64,000 nt of DNA, from the NCBI GenBank assembly GCA_963757995.1, contig CAVWTS010000011.1:1243-65242 (forward strand), in the 5' to 3' direction. Position numbers and translations under genes: made by a program. This document shows positions 56,922 to 64,000 of this stretch, in pieces. The number at the start of each line of letters is the position of its first letter. Positions within the stretch are counted from its first letter, which is position 1. Below the pieces are notes generated by a model that was given only the letters and a program-made list of their open reading frames with translations, had not been told where the DNA came from and did not search any database. The DNA comes from an uncultured Solirubrobacterales bacterium (GTDB taxonomy: Bacteria; Actinomycetota; Thermoleophilia; Solirubrobacterales; Solirubrobacteraceae).

Positions 56922-58757
56922 TCACCGCCGCTGGCGAGCCGCCTTCAAGCGATCGGTCTTGCCAAGCGAGACCTTGCGCAGACGCACAGTCTCAGGCGTG
57001 ACCTCCACGCACTCGTCGTCGCGCACGAACTCCAAGGCCTGATCGAGCGTGAGCTTGCGATGTGGCTGCAGACGCTCGTACATATCTGAGTTGGAAGAGC
57101 GGATGTTCGTGAGGTGCTTCTCCTTGACCGCGTTGACGTCCAAGTCGTCGGCGTGTGAGTTCTCACCGACGATCATCCCCTCGTAGACCTCCTCGCCGGG
57201 CCCGACGAACAGCGTGCCGCGCTCGCCCAGACTCATCAGCGAGTACGTGGCGGTATTACCGCTACGGTCGGCCACAAGCACACCCGTGATGCGCGTGCGC
57301 AGCTCACCGGCCCAGCGCTCCCAGCGCTCGAACACGTGGTGCATCAAGCCCGTGCCGCGCGTCTCGGTGAGGAACTCCGTGCGGAAGCCGATCAGGCCGC
57401 GGGCAGGCACGATGTACTCCATTCGCACCCAGCCGGTGCCGTGGTTGGTCATGTGCTCCATGCGTCCCTTACGCAGCGCGAGCATCTGCGTGACAACGCC
57501 GACGAAGTCCTCGGGCACGTCGATCGAGAGTCGCTCGAAGGGCTCGTTGCGATGCCGTCGATCTCGCGAATCAGCACGTGCGGCTGACCGACCGTCAGCT
57601 CGAAGCCTTCGCGGCGCATCATCTCAACGAGCCCGCCAATTGAAGCTCGCCGCGCCCCTGCACCTCCCAGGCGTCGGGCCGATCGGTATCGAGCACGCGC
57701 AAGGAGACGTTGCCAACGAGCTCGCGCTCCAGACGCTCGCGCACCTGGCGTGCGGTGAGCTTGGAGCCCTCCTTACCCGCCAGGGGGGAGGTGTTGATGC
57801 CGATCGTGATCGAAAGCGAGGGCTCATCGACGGTGATGACCGACAGCGGACGCGGGTCCTGGAGATCGGCGAGCGTCTCGCCGATCGTGATCTCGGCGAT
57901 GCCAGCCACCGCGACTATCTCGCCCGGGCCGGCTTCGGGCGCATCGACGCGATCGAGGGCGTCTGTGACGTACAACTCGGAGACCTGGGCGCGCTCGATC
58001 GAGCCATCGGCACGGCACCATGCCACCTGCTGGCCACGCTTGATGGAGCCGTTGCGTACACGACAGATCGCAAGACGTCCTACATACGGGGAGGCATCGA
58101 GGTTTGTGACGAGCGCCTGCAGAGGATGGTCCGGTTCGTAGGTCGGCGGCGGAAACGCTGCACAAGCAGGTCGAGCAGTGGCGCCAGCGTGCCCTCGGTG
58201 GGCGTCGGTGCCCCGAGCGTCGTACTCAAGTGTGGCGATGCCCGCGCGTGCGTTGCAGTAAACGATCGGGAACTCGATCTGCTCCTCGTCGGCGTCGAGG
58301 TCGAGGAACAGCTCGTATACCTCGTCGATCACCTCGGCCACACGCGCATCGGGACGATCTACCTTGTTGACGACGAGGATCACCGGCAGGCGCGACTCCA
58401 GTGCCTTTCGCAACACAAAGCGCGTCTGCGGCAACGGGCCCTCGGAGAGATCGACAAGCAGCAGCACCCCATCGACCATCGTCAGGCCGCGCTCCACCTC
58501 ACCACCGAAATCCGCGTGACCTGGGGTGTCGACGAAGATGAGCTTGACGCCCTCGTAGCGCAGCGAGGTGTTCTTGGCGAGGATCGTGATGCCCTTTTAG
58601 GCAGAAGGTCCATCGAATCCATCACCCGATCGGCCACGTCCTGACCGGCACGAAACGCGCCCGATTGCCACAGCATCGCGTCCACGAGCGTGGTCTTGCC
58701 GTGGTCCACGTGGGCCACTATCGCGACGTTGCGTATGTCATCTCTAGGAACGAGCAT
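56922..58757 (-). CDS. typA: Translational GTPase TypA/BipA (frameshifted)
   Basis: [42 protein letters not shown]. Confidence 0.95.
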
Positions 58758-58820
58758 CGGCCGGACAGGCTAGAGACTTGCCGCCTATGAAGCCGATCCG
58801 AGGAGATGATGCGGCGATCC

Positions 58821-58936
58821 GGAGGGGTGGGAGTCTGTATATATTTTTTATGTAATTTACGATAGTAGCTACAGATTGTAGTCACAATAGTGAATCGAGC
58901 CAAAAACAGTACATAAGCACTGAGCTCCCGCCCTCC
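58821..58936. repeat. AT-rich segment bounded by imperfect inverted repeats
   Basis: GGAGGGGTGGGAG..CTCCCGCCCTCC with inner TGTATATATTTTT..AAAAACAGTACA. Confidence 0.55.
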
Positions 58937-58988
58937 AAGCGCCACCGGAATTCACCGGCTCACACTTAAAAAAAAAATCAACTCATAC

Positions 58989-60410
58989 TCACCGAGAAAC
59001 GCGGAAAGCCCCTACCGGCGTGCCGCGAAAGCCCGTCGGCTCGTACTCGCCGAGAAGCGCAGGAACGCTCGTGGGAACTCGCTCTGCGCACGCCACCACG
59101 TCCTCCAGGGCAGCGGCAAAGCGGCGGATCTCATCCTCCTCGACCACCAGCGCCGGCAGTGCCTTGACGACGTTCATACGGTGCCCCGCGACCTGACAGA
59201 GAATGCGGTGCTCGTGGAACAGCGGGCCGACGATCAGCTGCGAGAAGATGCCCGGCGACACACGCTCGGCGGCATTCCAGATCGAGCGGCGCGCGCCGCC
59301 CTTGGGCGCGCCGAACTCGATCGCCCACATCAAGCCGAGTCCGCGTACGTCGGAGACAACCTCGTAGCGCTCGACCAGCGGGCGATGTCAACTCCAGCAG
59401 CAGCGACCCCAAAACGCTCAGCGCGAGTCACCAGACCCTCGTCGTCGAGCACACGCAAGGTCGCGAGCGCCGCTGCCGCGGCCAGGTCGTTGCCGCCGAA
59501 AGTGGAGCCGTGACGCACCGCTCGCTCCATGCCATCGAATACGGCGTCGAAGGCAGAACGAGAGACCAGCACGGCGCCCACGGGCACCAGACCGCCCGAG
59601 AGCGCCTTCGACAAACAGATCAGATCGGGTTCGAGCCCCCAGTGTTCCAGCGCCAGAAAGCGTCCTGTGCGGCCGATGCCCGTCTGCACCTCGTCGCATA
59701 CCAGCAACGCGCCCGCATCGCGGCAGAGACGCTGCGCGGCGGCCAGATAGCCGTCGGGCGGTAGGTTGACCCCCTTGCCTTGCACCGGCTCGATGACAAA
59801 CGCTGCCACGTCGCCGCGTTCGAGCTCTTGCTCCAGGCGCGTCGACATCGCCAAACGGGAATGGCCTCGCAGCCAGGTAGCAGCGGTCCAAAGCCATCGC
59901 GAAACTCGTCGTTGCCGTTGAGCGAGAGCGCCCCAAGTGTGAGCCCATGGAAGGCGTGTTCGGCGAACAGCACACGCCCTCGTCCGGTGGCCGCACGCGA
60001 GATCTTCATCGCGCCCTCGACCGCCTCAGTGCCGCTATTGGCCGGCACCATCGCCGCAACCGAGTCCGGGGCACGCGCGAGTAGCTGCTCGGCCAGCACG
60101 CCGCTAAGCAGCGTCACCCCGAGCTGAGGCAGGTTTGCCGTGTGCGCGTCCATCGTGCGCTGACCGGCAGCGATCGCCTCGGGATGGTTGCGGCCGATCG
60201 CGAACACGCCGTAGCCCGAGAGCAGGTCCAGGTAGCGATTACCCTCCGCGTCGATCAGCTGGGCGCCCTCGCCTGATACCCACCGCTGTCGAACCCGAGC
60301 GTGCGTAGGATCCGCCCGAGCTTCGGGTTCAGATGCGCATCGTTGAGCGCCATCTCCGCACCGGCCCGCTGCGCGAGGATCTCACGGACGGGCGGGAGCG
60401 GATCGGCCAT
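58989..60410 (-). CDS. Class III PLP aminotransferase, HpnO-like (frameshifted; 3' end approximate)
   Basis: YLDLLSGYGVFAIGRNHP, NSGTEAVE, AFHG, IEPVQG, DEVQTG, LSKALSGG, HGSTFGGN. Confidence 0.85.
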
Positions 60411-60462
60411 ACCGCAAGGGTACGCCGAGGCGAATTAAGAAGCGACGGCCTACGCGGGTGAT

Positions 60463-61691
60463 CTAGGAGCCGACTCGCGTGCGCGAGCGGCGCGAGTTAC
60501 GGTTGCGCGGTGGGCGTCCCGACGGCCGTCCCTGATTGCTCCGCGAGAAGTCACGACCGCGCGTGGCGTCGCTCGGGAAGCCTCCCAACTCCAGCTCACG
60601 CTGCAAGCCCAACGCGCCGACCATGCCTGCGAACTCGCGTGCTTGGTCGTTCAATACGAACGTGACGCCGACGCCGGAGGCTCCGGCTCGCGCGGTGCGC
60701 CCGACGCGGTGGACGTAATCCTCGCGCGTGGCGGGCATGTCGTAGTTGATCACGTGGGTGATACCCGAGACGTCGATACCGCGTGCGGCAACGTCGGTGG
60801 CGACCAGCGTGTTGACGTGGCCCGACTCGAAGCGGGCGAGCGCCTTCTCGCGCTGGGCCTGGGACTTATCGCCGTGCATCGCAACCGCCGGCACGCTGCT
60901 TGCCGCAAGACGCTTGACGAGACGGTCGGCGCCGCGCTTGGTGCGGACGAACACAAGCGTCAAACCGCGCTCGGGCTCGGACAACTCGGCGACGAGCCGA
61001 TCGACCTTACCCTCGTGGGAGACGGTGATGAAGCGATGCTCGACGTCGCCCTTGCGCTCCTCGGAGTGCGCATGCTCGTGACGGGCGGGATTGCTCGTGT
61101 AGGCGGCAGCGATCTTGCCCACCTCGCCTTGCAGCGTGGCCGAGAACAGCAGCGTCTGGCGCTCGCGAGAGCAACATCTTCACGATCCGATCGACGACCG
61201 GCTTGAAGCCCATGTCGAGCATGCGATCGGCCTCATCAAACACGTAGATGCGCACCTGCTTCAGCGACACGTCGCGGCGATCGATCAGGTCCAGCAGTCG
61301 CCCGGGGGTGGCCACGAGGACGTGTGCGCGTGCGGCGATGCGCGCCTGCTTGACGATCCCGGCGCCGCCGTAAACGGCGGCGATCGAGAGCGCACGGGCG
61401 TGAGCGATCAGGCGCAGGTCCTCGACGATCTGCAGCGCAAGCTCGCGCGTCGGTGCCAAGAACGAGTGCGGAAGGTCGCGGGTCGCTGTCACGCAAACGC
61501 GAGACGAGCGGCACGCCGAATGCCAGCGTCTTGCCGGAGCCGGTGGGCGACTGGGCGAGCACGTCGCGGCCGGCGAGCACGTCCGGAATCACCATCTTCT
61601 GGACGGCAAAGGGCTGCTCGATGCCGCGCTTTGAAAGCTCGCGGGTGACGGCCTCGGACACGCCGAGGTCGGCGAAAGTTTCGGACTTCAT
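60463..61691 (-). CDS. DEAD-box RNA helicase (frameshifted)
   Basis: SPTGSGKT, PTRELA, DEADRMLDMGF, SAT, ARGID, HRVGRTARAG. Confidence 0.93.
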
Positions 61692-61833
61692 GTTGTGATG
61701 CTCCTTTTGGCGGCCCTGTGGCCGCGGTGCGGAAGGGAGATTCGTACTGGCCCCATCCGCGCCTTTAGAGCACCAACAAAGACAAGAACCTCGCGGATGA
61801 CATTTGTCATCCGTGCCCTGCACCGTAGCAGGC

Positions 61834-62852
61834 TTAGCTTGCGAAACTCTTCGTTGCGCGCCGCTCTGGCGTGATCCTCACGACGTCCCACGCAAGTCCC
61901 AAGAGACTCCATGCCGCGGATCACCAAGGCCGAGATGTCGAACTGGCGCCAGGAGAAGCCATGGAAAGCGGAAGTGGGGAAAGCGTGGTGGTTGTTGTGC
62001 CACGCCTCACCAAGCGAGAACGGCGCTAGCCAGGCGAGGTTGCGTGAGTGATCACCGGTCTCATAGCTGCGTTTGCCGAAGAAGTGACAGAGAGAGTTGA
62101 TCGAGTAGGTGACGTGGTGCAGCACCAACATACGCACGGCCCCACCCCACAAGAGGCCGGTGAGACCGGCCGTCCAAGTGCCGCCAATGGCATATCCGAG
62201 CCAGAATGCTGCGACCAAGCCGCCGATCGCCCACACAAAGAAGGTCTTGTCCACAAACGAGACAACCGGATCAGCGCACAGGTCCGGGGCATAGCGTTCG
62301 CGATGACCGCGGGCTGTGTGGATGAACAGCCAGCCGACATGCGCGTGGGCCAAACCCTTCAGCGCGCCGCGCAAGCCGCTGCCATGGTCCACGTGCGGGC
62401 TATGCGGATCGCCCTCGCGATCGGAGAATGCGTGGTGCTTGCGGTGGTCGGCTACCCAAGAGATCACGGGGTCCCTCAATCGCGGCCGAGCCGAGCACGG
62501 CGAAGACAAAACGAAGGAAGGGGAATGCTCCAAAGAGCGGTGGGTAAAGAGGCGGTGAAAGCCGACCGTTACCCCCAGCGCCGTGGAGATGTACATGATC
62601 GCGAACACGACCAAGTCCGAGCCGTGAAGCAGGCCGTCCCACAGCTGCCAGCCGACGAAGCCAAGCGCAAGAATCGGACCGACGGTGATCAGGCCCGTCA
62701 AGAAGCGGTCCAGGTTTTCGAAGACTGGCGGCTGAACGTCGTCTGGCAGTAGGGCCATCGAGCGCGGGGCCGTCGAGGGCGTGACGCGGGACCGCAGCAT
62801 CGCCAGAACCCTGCCGGGCGGCCGCGGGGCGCTGGATAGAATCGGTGCTCAT
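61834..62852 (-). CDS. Delta-9-type acyl-CoA/acyl-lipid desaturase (frameshifted)
   Basis: His boxes HRLFTH, HRKHH, HNNHH. Confidence 0.92.
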
Positions 62853-62958
62853 CGGTGTGCTCGCAACGGGACGCTAGCACGCCCAGACGACACGAGAGAC
62901 ACCACGGAGCCTGTGAGATACCCCGCTAACACCAAGCTAAACACTGGCTGGAGGGCCA

Positions 62959-64000
62959 ATGCCATTCGCTAACACCGAGCCACTCCGCGCCGTGAGCTGG
63001 CCACCGCACTGCCCAAGCGTGGCTTCACCGTGCGCTTTTGGGACGGCACAGAACTGCCTGCTACGAGCACCAACGGCGCTAGCCCGCCTAATGGCAACGT
63101 CGACCCAGGTCCGATCTTCACGGTGCGCTCGCCCAAGGCGGTCGCCCACGTCGTGCGCGCTCCCGGCGAGCTGGGGCTTGGGTGGGCCTATGTTGCCGGC
63201 GAGTTGGAGGTCGACGACCTCGACCGCGTGATCGGGCTGATCGACGACTTCGAGGAGCCCCGAGATCGACAGGGCAACGCGCGCACGCCTTGCTGTCGCG
63301 GCGCTTAGAGCCTGCGGACTCACGATCCCCCCGCGCGCACCCAAGGGCGAGCTGCGCTTGAAGGGCCGCAGCCACAGTAAGGAACGCGACGCCAAGGCGG
63401 TACGCCACCACTACGACGTGTCGAACGAGTTCTTTGAACTGTTTCTCGACAAGTCGATGACCTACAGCTGCGCGATCTTCTCGCGTGGGGCCAAAACGCT
63501 CGAGGAGGCGCAGTTCGCAAAGCTCGACCTCGTCTGCAAAAAGCTCGAACTTCAAGAGGGCTAGGGTGTGCTCGATGTCGGCTGCGGCTGGGGCGCTTTC
63601 GTGATCCACGCGGCGCGCGAGTACGGCGTCAAAGCCGTCGGCATCACGTTGAGCCCACCCCAGGCCGAACTGGCGCGCCGGCGGATCGCCGAAGCCGGGC
63701 TAAGCGACAAGCTGGAGGTTCGCGTGGCCGACTACCGCGACCTGCACGGTGAGCGCTACGACGCGATCGCGAGCATCGGCATGGTCGGACACGTCGGCGA
63801 AAGCAACATCGACGTTTATGCACAGAAACTGAGGAACCTGATTGGGCCAGACGGGCGCCTGCTCAACCACGGCATCGCCCACCTCTATACAGACGTCGGC
63901 TATCACGGTGACTTCACTCAGCGCTACGTGTTCCCCGACGGAGACCCGGTGCAACTCTCGCGCGTCCAGCTTGCATTGGAGCGTGCGGGCTTCGTGAGCG
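62959..64000 (+). CDS. cfa: Cyclopropane-fatty-acyl-phospholipid synthase family methyltransferase (frameshifted, truncated by the window)
   Basis: [38 protein letters not shown]. Confidence 0.88.

Noticed and set aside
57214-58644. 476-aa plus-strand ORF and the many other long antisense ORFs (e.g. 10005..11270, 18446..19645, 25520..26617)
   Set aside because: Shadow ORFs of real genes, expected in high-GC DNA; no motifs
50045-64000. Programmed frameshifting or a pseudogene island
   Set aside because: Breaks hit unrelated conserved genes at random positions; sequencing indels are the simpler explanation
1-64000. tRNA or rRNA genes
   Set aside because: None recognised by eye; tRNAscan/Rfam not run

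Overview
GC-rich actinobacterial DNA; the protein styles suggest Thermoleophilia/Solirubrobacterales (inference). The first ~48 kb form one large phosphate-themed locus. Its recognisable part (31.3-48.1 kb) has two complete pstSCAB operons, DUF47, phoU, an OmpR-family regulator plus a receiver-less copy of its DNA-binding domain, sixA and ppk1, with a hipBA module inserted. Next to it (1-31 kb) is a block of large secreted or anchored proteins that I cannot match to a described system: two extra, Cys-rich PstS-like proteins; a duplicated pair of beta-propeller protein plus giant 1.5-2.4 kaa anchored protein; three phosphatase-fold domains that appear to have lost their catalytic residues; zinc-ribbon membrane proteins; and an extra FtsH with an altered pore loop. 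Imperfect 11-bp-period GTTCAC-like (PHO-box-like) repeats lie upstream of both the pst genes and the surface-protein genes. My leading hypothesis is a Pho-regulated cell-surface phosphate-capture or sensing apparatus built partly from pseudo-enzymes. The last 16 kb is mostly ordinary (bcp, Mrr_N-HNH, MMPL, ABC exporter, typA, class III aminotransferase, DEAD-box helicase, desaturase, cfa). Many genes at 1-3.3 kb and 51-64 kb are frameshifted, most likely through long-read indel errors. All domain calls are by eye from motifs; no database search was run.
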